Positions 10,322 to 22,039 of a DNA stretch of 64,000 bases are shown here, piece by piece. This stretch comes from Macrostomum lignano (lineage: Eukaryota). The DNA lies in contig NIVC01002057.1 in NCBI GenBank assembly GCA_002269645.1, positions 1 to 64,000 of the forward strand. The letters are read 5' to 3'. A model generated the notes under the pieces. The model was not told the DNA's origin and did not search any database. It saw nothing but the letters and a program-made list of their open reading frames with translations. The translations under genes were made by a program, and so were the position numbers. Each line of letters begins with the position of its first letter. The stretch's first letter is position 1.

Positions 10322-13300
10322 TCACTCGTCGCCAGCCATCCCAGCAGCCGTCTTCAAATCGTACCAAACAGTAGCGGCATTCTGCTCCAAATCTGCCAGT
10401 GCAATGCTGGCCAAGCCAATCTGATGGTTCTTGCCGCCAATCAGTTTGCCGCACTGCTTCATCAAAGCCACGCAGAGCGAGCTGCTGGATAAGTCGGACT
10501 CTGGCAGGGAGAATTCGAAAGACTCGTCATAAACTGGGTTCCTAGTAGCTTTCATCGTCTTAGTCTTCTGCTTCTTTGAAGACACAGCGCCTCGACTGTC
10601 GGATTTGATGTAGAGCTTAGCGTACGGATCCAAGCTCGAGTCGTCCGTAGCAACGGTTGCTATGGGCAAGTCGGCTTGGTGGCACACCACTACAAGGCAT
10701 TGGCGCGGCTGGCTGTAGCGGATGGTAAGCTGCACTCTGCCCTGCTGAGATGGTGCGGCGGCGGTTGCGGCGGCGGGTGCGGCGGCGGGTGCGGCGGCGG
10801 GTGCATTCTTTCGCTGCCGGACACCATCGCTGTCCGAGTTGGTTGAAATTGTATTAGCGGCCTCGGGTTCATCTTGAGCTTCAGCCTGAGCTGGTTCGGC
10901 TGCCTCAGCTGCAGGTATCGTTTTAACGGGAATTTCGGCTGGAGCTTCGTATTGGCCTTCAACAATGGCGCGAAGGGCCAGGAACAGGACGATCTGGGGG
11001 TGGGGGTGATTTTTATATGAAGATTTATAAAAAACTGAGCTAATTTTCATAGGCAAAAAACGTTTCTGGAGGATTCGGAATGGAAGCATTCTGACATGAA
11101 GTAAACAGAATGACAATGGCACTTTTCAATACAAATGGCACTACTCAGACTTAAAATGGCACTATTCAGGACACACAATGGCACTACTCAGACTCACAAT
11201 GGCACTACTCAGACTCAAAATGGGCACTATTCAGGACACAATGGCACTACTCAGACTCAAAATGGCACTATTCAGGACACACAATTGCACTACTCAGACT
11301 CAAAATGGCACTATTCAGGACACACAATGGCACTACTCAGACTCAAAATGGCACTATTCAGGACACACAATGGCACTACTCAGACTCAAAATGGCACTAC
11401 TCAGACACAAAACGGCACTACTCAGACTCAAAATGGCACTATTCAGGACACACAATGGCACTACTCAGACTCAAAATGGCACTATTCAGGACACACAATG
11501 GCACTACTCAGACTCAAAATGGCACTACTCAGACACAAAATGGCACTACTCAGACACAAAATGGCACTACTCAGACACAAAATGGCACTACTCAGACTCA
11601 AAATGGGCACTATTCAGGACACACAATGGCACTACTCAGACTCAAAATGGGCACTATTTAGGACACACAATGGCACTACTCAGACTCAAAATGGCACTAT
11701 TCAGGACACACAATGGCACTACTCAGACTCAAAATGGTACTATTTAAATAAAAATGGCACTACTCAGACTCAAAATGGTACTATTTAAATAAAAATGGCA
11801 CTACTCAGACTCAAAATGGTACTATTTAAATACAAATGGCACTACTCAGACACAAAATGGAACCACCACTAAGGCACAAAATGGCACTACTTAGACACAA
11901 AATGGCACTACTCAGACACAAAATGGCACTACTCAGACACAAAATGGCACTACTCAGACACAAAATGGCACTACTCAGACACAAAATGGCACTACTCAGA
12001 CACAAAATGGCACTACTCAGACACAAAATGGCACTACTCAGACTCAAAATGGCACTATTCAGGACACACAATGGCACTACTCAGACTCAAAATGGCACTA
12101 TTCAGGACACACAATGGCACTACTCAGACTCAAAATGGCACTATTCAGGACACACAATGGCACTACTCAGACTCAAAATGGCACTATTTAGGTCACACAA
12201 TGGCACTACTCAGACTAAAAATGGCACTATTCAGGTCGCACAATGGCACTACTCAGACTCAAAATGGTACTATTTAAATAAAAATGGCACTACTCAGACT
12301 CAAAATGGTACTATTTAAATAAAAATGGCACTACTCAGACACAAAACGGCACTACTCAGACACAAAATGGCACTACTCAGACACAAAATGGCACTACTCA
12401 GACACAAAATGGCACTACTCAGATACAAAATGGCACTACTCAGACACAAAATGGCACTACTCAGACACAAAATGGCACTACTCAGACACAAAATGGCACT
12501 ACTCAGACACAAAATGGCACTACTCAAATTAAAAAACGGCATAAATAGGGCATAAAAAACTGCACTAAAGATAGAGCACTATCTTCTCACCTGAGACTGC
12601 GTCCCACTGTCAGTATTGAGATCCCAGGCCCTATGCAGCTGCATGTTGGCCTCCTGCAGCAGGAAGCGCAGCGGTATTTGCACCTGCCCAAGGCGCCGCC
12701 GACCTCTGTGCAGAACGGTCAGCTGTACGCTTGCAATAGAAGGCTCGGATACAAAAAAATGAAACGGCGCTTCGAATATCGGATTTGGCGAGTCCTCAAA
12801 AGTGGCGGTGCGCTGCGCGTCGGTTGAGCTGCTGCCACTGCCCCCGCCTCCGCCCGTCACGCTAATTTCCACCTGGAGGTTTTAGCAGCAATTATTTATA
12901 GATTAGGGGATCAACAAATTAGGCTGTCCACTCTCTGGCCTTCGTAGTGTATTTAATAGGGCTTGATAATTAAACTTATAGTTTGCTAATATGCGAGACA
13001 ATACGTGTTATTTTGTGTAGGTTGGAGGTGAGATTCCCAATCAGTACATTAGAGGGCGAGATTTCCCATGTGTACATTGCGGAGGGTGGGATTCCCAATG
13101 TGTAAATTTTGGGGAGTGGGATTCCCCATGTATAAACTGTGGAGCGTGGGATTTGGGATTCCCCATGTGTACATTTTGGAGGGTGGGATTCCCATGTGTA
13201 CATTTTGGAGGGTGGGATTCTCCATGTGTACATTGTTGAGGGTGGGATTAACTATGTGTACATTGCGAGCGCCTAGTGGTGGGATTCCCTTATATGTACA

Positions 13301-16300
13301 TAGGAACAGGGGGTGGTTCGATGACATAAGCACACCTGTGCCAGACTCAGTCAGGGGAATTAGCTGTACTTACCAGAGCTGAAGGCTCCTGGCCGCACTT
13401 CACCGTGGGCAGAGAGCGGCAGCAGTCAACGCCGACGTACAGGAAGGCCCGGCTGAACTCGCCGCCACCGCTGCCTCGTGTGCTGGGCGCCTGGCAACCG
13501 GTTATTAAAAGGAGTTCATGACTATTTATCAAGACTGAACCTTAAGACCTTAAGATCTTAATCTCTTTATACTCTATGTTCCGATCTCCCTACATCTTTT
13601 CTTAGTCTTCTCTCAATATATCTCAGCCTCTCTTCCCAACATCTCATATCAGCCTCCCTTCCCAACATCTCATCTCAGCCTCCCTTCCCTACATCTCATC
13701 TCAGCCTCCCTTCCCTACATCTTATCTCAGCCTCCCTTCCCTACATCTCATATCAGCCTCCCTTCCCAACATCTCATATCAGCCTCCCTTTCCAACATCT
13801 TATCTCAGCCTCCCTTCCCTACATTTCATCTCAGCCTCCCTTCCCTACATCTCATCTCAGCCTCCCTTCCCAACATCTCATCTCAGCCTCCCTTCCCTAC
13901 ATCTCATCTCAGCCTCCCTTCCCTACATCTCATCTCAGCCTCCCTTCCCAACATCTCATATCAGCCTCCCTTCCCAACATCTCATATCAGCCTCCCTTCC
14001 CAACATCTCATCTCAGCCTCCCTTCTCTACATCTCATCTCAGCCTCCCTTCTCTACATCTCATCTCAGCCTCCCTTCTCTACATCACATCTCAGCCTCCC
14101 TTCCCTACATCACATCCCAGTCACCTTAACCTGATCCCAGCCTCCCACACCGATCTCAACAGACTCAGCGCCCACCTGAAACAAGGCCGTGTCCATCAGG
14201 TTGGCCCAGCTCATCCGCAGCCTAACCGAGCCAGTGTCCACATCATCCAGTTTCAGCCAGGTATCTAGAACGCCTTCCCTAGCAACGCTGCCCAGATCGA
14301 CTTTAGCAGATCCCAACTCATCGTCCTTAGATCCGGCATCCTCGTCGAACAGTTCAATATCCAATAGCTGACCCTGTCGCACATCGACTGCGGCCTCGAA
14401 TGCGGCGTTCCACACGGGATTAAGCGAGTTGGCAATCGCTTTGGTTGTGTACTTTTGCGAGCCGACTGTTACTATGGCGTAGGGATCGGACTTGCCGGAC
14501 CTGATCAGGCCCACGTCGCTGCGTTTGAGGTCTCGAGCCTCCACTACCTGCATTGCATATGGGTGGTGGAGCATTAACCAGCTGGGAGTGGGATAACCGA
14601 TGGGATAATAATCCCCATGAAACTATACATAGGATTATCCGATGGGATAATAATCCCCATGAAACTATACATAGGATTATCTGATGGGATAATAATCCCC
14701 ATGAAACTACACAACATAGTATTAACCGATAGGATAATAATCCCCATGAAACTATACATAGGATTATCCAATGGGATAATAATCCCCATAAAACTATACA
14801 TAGGATTATCCAATGGGATAATAATCCCCATGAAACTATACATAGGATTATCCGATGGGATAATAATCCCCATAAAACTATACATAGGATTATCCGATGG
14901 GATAATAATCCAATGAAACTAAACATAGGATTATCCAATGGGATAATAATCCCAAACTCTGACACTAAAATCCATGGGAAAATTATCCCCAAACAGATGC
15001 ATATAGGTAGATTTGAAACGAAATATTTCACCTTAAACCGAAGAACCCCCTGCGGCAGGATCCACTTCATAGCGGTCAGGTCCACATCGCCAGCCAAAGG
15101 AACCAACAGCCTATTAGGCACAACCAACTGAGCAGAGATTTGATCGGAAACCACTTTGACAAGCATCTGCCTCAAGCCTGGCAGGTCCAGTATGTTTCCC
15201 AGATCGGTCAGGTCAAAGTTCAAATACGGCACGGAAAGAAACGTGACTGTGACGCAGGCGGCGATAGGTATCCGAGGGATCAGTGGCGAGATTACGACAC
15301 GGAGAATGCCGCGCAATTCGATACTTTTGATGCCAGCTTTGATGCCTTTTGTTTTCATTTCGATTTTAGCGTCGCCATAGTAGATTAAGTCCATGTCCAT
15401 CACTATTTCCGAACGGCGAGTGTTGTCGCCCGTGTACACCTGGTTAATGTGTTTGAGGCGGCACCGGGATATTAGAGCACATTATTGAGTACGGGATATT
15501 CAATTTCTAAGGATTAGATTGGGGATAATGGGATTTGAGGCAGTGGGTTGGGGATAATGGGATTTGAGGCAGTGGATTGGGGATAATGGGGGATTTGAGG
15601 CAGTGGATTGGGGATAATGGGGGATTTGAGGCAGTAGATTGAGGATAATAGGGGATTTGAGGCAGTGGATTGGGGATAATGGGGGATTTGAGGCAGTAGA
15701 TTGAGGATAATAGGGGATTTGAGGCAGTGGATTGGGGATAATGGGGGATTTGAGGCAGTAACTTGAGGATAATGGGGGATTTGAGGCAGTGGATTGGGGA
15801 TAATGGGGGATTTGAGGCAGTTGATTGAGGATAATGGGCGGTTTGAGGCAGTAGATTGAGGATAATGGGGGATTTGAGGCAGTGGATTAGGGATAATGGG
15901 GGATTTGAGGCAGTAGATTGAGGATAATGGGGGATTTGAGGCAGTGGATTGAGGATAATTTGGGATTTGAGGCAGTAGATTGAGGATAATGGGGGATTTG
16001 AGGCAGTGGATTGAGGATAATGGGGGATTTGAGGCAGTAGATTGAGGATAATGGGGGATTTGAGGCAGTGAATTGAGGATAATGGGGGATTTGAGGCAGT
16101 GAATTGAGGATAATTTGGGATTTGAGGCAGTAGATTGAGGATAATGGGGGATTTGAGGCAGTGGATTGGGGATAATTTGGGATTTGAGGCAGTAGATTGA
16201 GGATAATGGGGGATTTGAGGCAGTGGATTGGGGATAATGGGGGATTTGAGGCACTAGCTTGAGGATAATGGGCGGTTTGAGGCAGTAGATTGAGGATAAT

Positions 16301-17646
16301 GGGGGATTTAAGGTAGTGGATTAGGGATAATGGGATTTGAAGCAGTGACTACGGATAATAAGATTTGAAGCAGTGGATTGGGATAATGGGGGATTTGAAG
16401 CAATGTATTGGGAATAGTGAGATTTGAGGCAGCCAATACATGTAGACTTGGAATAATAGGATTTAAGGTTGGTATCAAAATATATGGGATTAAAAATGAC
16501 GACGATTTGATACCCATGATAAATATTGGATTACTATATTAATAATTCAACACTAACCTTGACTCCGCCAAAACGTGGCGCTATATCGCCCAGATCCAGT
16601 CTAGAAAATCGTAAGTCCTGAATCACCCCAGGCAGGTTGTCCCTAACCCCGGGCATGATCTGTTTCTCAATGATTAACACTGCGTAATCCTTGACGAATG
16701 GCCAGGCCTGCTTGATAATGGAGTTCAGCCATTCGGCCCGCTCCACATCCGGGAAGAACACCCAGGATGGCAGGTTCTCCACGTTAGCCAGGAACTGGCG
16801 CTCGTCTCTGGGTGAGGGAATGAAGCACACAATTATTTAAGTACTCTTTGCAATTTGCATCATAAATTAACACCCGCGTAAGTGATAGATAGGGGGTCCA
16901 GCAACTGGGGATCTGGGAGGCTGGCCCAGCAACTGACACTCTGGGAGGCTGGCCCAACAACTGGGGATCTGGGAGGCTGGCCCAGCAACTGACACTCTGG
17001 GAGGCTGGCCCAGCAACAGAGGATCTGGGAGGCTGGCCCAGCAACTGACACTCTGGGAGGCTGGCCCAACAACTGGGGATCTGGGAGGCTGGCCCAGCAA
17101 CTGAGGATCTGGGAGGCTGGCCCAACAACTGGGGATCTGGGAGGCTGGCCCAGCAACTGACACTCTGGGAGGCTGGCCCAACAACTGGGGATCTGGGAGG
17201 CTGGCCCAACAACTGGGGATCTGGGAGGCTGGCCCAACAACTGGGGATCTGGGAGGCTGGCCCAGCAACTGAGGATCTGGGAGGCTGGCCCAACAACTGG
17301 GGATCTGGGAGGCTGGCCCAGCAACTGACACTCTGGGAGGCTGGCCCAGCAACTGAGGATCTGGGAGGCTGGCCCAGAAAATGAGAATCTGGTACACAAG
17401 AGCCTCTAAGACTTCTTACCTAGCCAATGCTTGGAAAGCCTTAGTTCGCACCTTCCTTTGCTCTTTAATGTAACTGGTGATGATGTAAGCCAGCACAGCA
17501 ACTACCAGCCAGGTTACACTGAAGCCCAGATAGCCGATAAGCCAGACGCCGGTTACAAGACCAAATAGTTTAAAGAATCGTTTAATTTGCTCCAGCAGCT
17601 GCTGCTCAATGCTGCGAGCATGCGCCTCGCTAGCCGATTGGTTCAT
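10322..17646 (-). CDS. ESYT: Extended synaptotagmin (ESYT2/3-type: hairpin TM, SMP, C2A, C2B, C2C), 7 coding exons, ~775 aa
   Basis: Exons (minus): 17646-17420, 16807-16558, 15439-15032, 14547-14176, 13490-13374, 12872-12591, 10993-10322; summed length 2328 nt, in frame. Motifs: WLIGYLGFSVTWL, LPSWVFFPDVERAEWLN (SMP start), DLGDIAPRFGGVKVY, C2A with Ca-type Asp residues (SD..KSDPY..FDEDAGSKDDELG), terminal C2 GRVQLTIRYS..NPVYDESFEF..WYDL. Confidence 0.95.
11115..12530. repeat. 21-bp minisatellite (ESYT intron 6)
   Basis: Unit AAAATGGCACTACTCAGACAC and variants. Confidence 0.9.
13050..13285. repeat. ~30-bp degenerate array (ESYT intron 5)
   Basis: Unit about GGGATTCCCATGTGTACATTTTGGAGGGT. 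Confidence 0.8.
13620..14110. repeat. 26-bp minisatellite (ESYT intron 4)
   Basis: Unit ATCTCATCTCAGCCTCCCTTCCCTAC. Confidence 0.9.
14590..14955. repeat. 42-bp minisatellite (ESYT intron 3)
   Basis: Unit ATGGGATAATAATCCCCATGAAACTATACATAGGATTATCCG. Confidence 0.9.
15500..16430. repeat. 31-bp minisatellite (ESYT intron 2)
   Basis: Unit GGGGATAATGGGGGATTTGAGGCAGTGGATT. Confidence 0.9.
16900..17380. repeat. 28-bp minisatellite (ESYT intron 1)
   Basis: Unit CTGGGAGGCTGGCCCAGCAACTGACACT. Confidence 0.9.
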
Positions 17647-19873
17647 CTTGACTAATTTTAGCTACTATGAGTAGAAAGTCTAGCAAAAACTATACTTATA
17701 TCTGTCTAGACTCAGAAATGGATTACATGGATTCATATAGTATTCTTTATGCTAACTGTTAGAAATCAGTGCTCCAGTGCTTTATTTAAGACGTTTAACC
17801 ACACTTTAAGACTATTGGTGAAACTTTTATTAGTTATATCTTTGGTCCATTTTTTACCCTTTCAAACCTTTTTTACCTACAGGACCAGATAAAAATCTGT
17901 TGATTGCTACAGACCAAATGAGGGAGGAAATAAGAGGGGATAGAGAAGAGGAAGAGATTAGAGATAAGAAAACAAAAGAGGAGATAAGGAGAGAGGATAA
18001 AAAGAGTTTAATATTTTGCATATTAAACTCTTTTCTTACCTGGGGTAACCCTATTCTTCCTATTGGCTTATAAGAGTGCTATTTAAGAATCTAGGCACCC
18101 TAAAGTAACTAATAAACATTTTTTGTCATACCAACCTTCTCTTATTTCTCTCTTTTTTGATGATTATTCTTGATAATCAATATTTTAGTAATTTTCTCAA
18201 TCTTAATCTTGGTTTTAAATTAAGATTTCAAAAATTCAAGATTTATAATTATGTAACTAGTCCTATGGAATGACTATGTCTATGATACTATCAGTATTAT
18301 ATTTATATTTGAATTTGATAATGATATATACCAAATTATTATCAATATTATGTTTAATATTAAATATTCATTTATTGTTTTTCCTTGTATTTTTATCATT
18401 ATACTTAGCCCTAGGCCTATACACATGAAAAATAAGCCCTAACCATATTAGCATTCATGGTTAAATTATAGGCCTAGGCCTACTATAAAAAGGCCAACTA
18501 AATGCTAATCTCAAATCTTAATCAAATTGGTCTTGTTTTGAAAATCTAAAATATGTGATATTGTTTTTTTCTAGTCATCCAACCTATATATGCCCCACAC
18601 CTGTCCAAACTAGACAGGTGAAATTGCCACCAGCCAAGGTAAGTTGCAAAATTGAAAATGCAAAAAATGAAAAATTGGAGGAAGAAAGAAAGGAAAGGAA
18701 GAGAAAAGGAAAAGAAAGGAGGGAGAAAAGAGAGGGAGGAAAGAGGAAAAAGAAAGAGAAGAGTAAAAGGCAAGAAAAGTCATATACACTAAAAATAAGT
18801 TGCAATCAAGAGGAACTAAATCACAATTAGGACAAACTAAGTCGCAAATCTGGACAGTTGCACTAGATAGGTGAAATTTTGAGGTTGGGCATATATTATG
18901 AAACCCCAGTTTAATTATAAAAGAACTTGCCTAAATCAATTGGCAATTTCTAAATTGCTAAAAGTCATCTTTGCTAAATCACAAGAAATAGGCTTTTGTT
19001 GAAATAGACTATGTGATCCTTAAGGATTCTAAGGATCCTTAAAGATTAGACCTAGGAGTAAGGAGCTTATATCATTTGTCTTAAGTACTTGACTTGAGTT
19101 AGAGTAGGCCTAGTCCTTAGCTTAGATTGTAGGCAGTAGGCCTACACTAACTTTACTTTAATTAAAATATCATTTTATTTTAGTTTGAAAAGGCATTTTT
19201 AGAATTTATAGATGGTATAGAAGGATTGCCTAAAATAATAGAAAACTTAATACTCTATAAGGATATTAAAATGGGTATAATCAAAATTGTCATATTCTAA
19301 ATTGTCATGTGATGATGACAACTTGGCCAATCTGTAAGACTTTAACATTTGAATATGAAGAATCTACGAATTTGTCAAAGTTCTTAGAAATGAAACCAAA
19401 TTAAAGAAAATAACATAGGACCTTAGAGTAAATTAAAGCACATTTTAATAATAGCTAATGAGTTAAAGAATAGGCTTAATATCTTGAATAAAGTTTAAAA
19501 ATATATTTGCTTCTAATTAACCCCCCCCCTATGCTAGGCCTATAGAGTTTATAAAATGTTACAATGCAATCTTTCTATCATTCTTAGTTAAACCTTGAAT
19601 ATTCAGTTAGACAATTAACTTTAATATAGGGATTATAGGATCTAGGAATTAGTCTAAGGCTTTGCATCTTTTAAGCCAATAGGCGATAGTAGGCCTATGA
19701 ATATAATTTAAAGTTGAAAATTTTTTGTTAGCAAACTATCTCATTTTGTAGGCCCTAGCTAGGCCTAGCTATAAAAGCCAAGATCCTTGTATAGGCCTAG
19801 CCAATGGAACATAATGATTATTTAGACCTAGGCCTAGGCCTAGTGAATGCAGCATTGTCCAATGCTGAGACAG

Positions 19874-20249
19874 CAGTGGCAACACAGGGGGAGAGATAGG
19901 GGGGCCAGGGGACAGCTGCCCTAGGGTGACCACAGGTCACTGCCTCAAGGGGGGTGACTGGCCCACCATCCCCATGGCCCTCAAAAAGACCCTAGGAAGG
20001 GAAGGCAGATAGTCACCCCTTTTTATGCAACTTGCATCAATGATTAAAAATGCATTTTTATAAGAAATTTCATGTTGTATAGGTTAGGCCTATTCATTTT
20101 GTAAGAAGTAGGCCTATATCATAATTTGTTCATAGGCCTAATTTTTTACTTTCTTAGAAGGGTGACCACCTACCTAAGAGGATGGGGGGGTGACCACCTA
20201 ACTACTGACCCCCCACCCCCCCTTAACTAGAAATACTGTGTTGCCATTG
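19874..20249. mobile_element. MITE (~376 bp)
   Basis: TIRs CAGTGGCAACACAG (19874-19887) and CTGTGTTGCCATTG (20236-20249), 13/14 match; flanking direct repeat CTGAGACA at 19865-19872 and 20250-20257. Confidence 0.7.
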
Positions 20250-20516
20250 CTGAGACAATGATGATTTAGATGATTTAGACTTACTCACTTAGGCCCTAGA
20301 CTTGAGTTGTTTTTCTTGCCACCTGCATATAGATGGATGATATGACAATCTCAAATATGATGACTTTGGCTGGAGCCATTAAAATATCCTTGACAAATGA
20401 TGTACAGCACAGTCCAGGATTAGGCCTACTTATTTTTTTTAAATAATAAATTAATATTTATCTTAGCCTCAGGCCCACTCAATGTTAGGCCTAATGCCTA
20501 GGCCCTATTATGTCAT

Positions 20517-20818
20517 GAGGCTTTTCACATTACCAATTTCAGAACCAGAATCGGTTCGGATCTTCCAAAAAAGCAGTATAACTATCTATCTATGTAACTT
20601 TGTTAAATGTCTGAGTGACTACCTAGTGCCTAACTGCCTTAATTAACAGCCAGCAGCCTTAGCCTTACTTTGCACAATTTTTCACATTGTTCTTGGCCAT
20701 TGCCATTCAATATTTACAACATTATAGCTTGTCTATCCATCTAGTGTAGGGGACAAAAAGTAATACTTTACAAATTGGATCTGGTTCTGAAACCACAACA
20801 AGCGATATGAAAAGGCCC
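20517..20818. mobile_element. Possible Harbinger-like MITE
   Basis: Outer imperfect IR GGCTTTTCACAT / ATATGAAAAGGCC and inner perfect 13-bp IR TTTCAGAACCAGA (20537-20549) / TCTGGTTCTGAAA (20780-20792). TSD not clear. Confidence 0.4.
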
Positions 20819-22039
20819 TATTATCACCATCATTATTATTAAACGGGCGTTAAAACCCGCTGATTGTCAATATTTTGAATTTTTACAACATTCCTAGAAA
20901 GCAGTTTAAGCAAACACAAGACAATTTCGCAATCGCAAATATGACTTGTTATCACTAAATAGGATATACTTAATTCACAAAATACCATATATGTACTAAT
21001 ATGACTAATATGATTCATTTTAACGCAACTGGTCAAATATTCTACTTTGAATCCGCTATCCATGGTTAAGGTTAAGTTGTTGATTATGAACCTTGCATTT
21101 ATGCCCTACAGCTACATGTACGTATACTATATATATGTAAGCTAAAAGTAGTGCAAAGCTTGTCGGTTTATACGCTGAACATAGCAATGAAAATATATCA
21201 GTTGGTGGTAAGTATGGCGGATTTAAACACGGAATTCTTACCCATATGAACTGTTTTCTCATAACCACCTCAGCCAGCTGCTTTCTCCCAAAGCCCCAAA
21301 CCTTTTGAGGAGTGACAGGGCCCATACATGTATAGGGGCCTCAGCCCAGGCGATAGGCCGACACGTCAGTGCTCCTGCGACAGTGCTGACGCAGAATCCG
21401 TGACCCTAGCTTTACATGTACCATCATTCCGCTCGATTGGTCTTTGGACCTTGAACTTTGGCCTTTTGTTCTTTGTTTTAGCTTTTTTTTGTAATTTGTA
21501 TTTAAGGCTAATTTGAAGTATTATTGTAACGAAATGCAATGCATTTCACTTAACGTAACAGACTACTAACAGTAGCCGTAAGTAGACAGGATAGCGGGTG
21601 AAAAAAATTCTTGTAAACAGTATTTAATATCCGCAAGAGCCAATAAGATAACGGAGTGGGGTGTACATGGGCTACAAATATATGACTGTCAAGGCAGCAA
21701 AACATCAAAGGAGCCGACTGCAATTTCTACAGAGAAAAATAGCTGTTTAGGGTGGAAAAAGAATTTGTAGGTGCTCACTCTCGGAGTCGATTCGAATCTT
21801 TCAAAACTATTTCTAATTATAGTCAGAGATAATTTCCATTTCCTTAAAATTATGCCGCCTGCTCTGTCACAGCAGCCAGCAAGCTGGAAGGAGTTGATTG
21901 ACAACGGAAATCTAGCGCTGCCTTCTGGCGATCAAAACGATAATGAAAACTCGACAGCAGCGGTTCATGTTAGCAGTCAAGGTAATTGACAGTTCTCTGT
22001 GCTTTAAGCATATGTACATTATTTTCATAAACCGTATAA

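Noticed and set aside
10310-10324. Stop-codon readthrough of ESYT (TGA-C context) into the orphan C2
   Set aside because: A second in-frame TGA follows three codons later.
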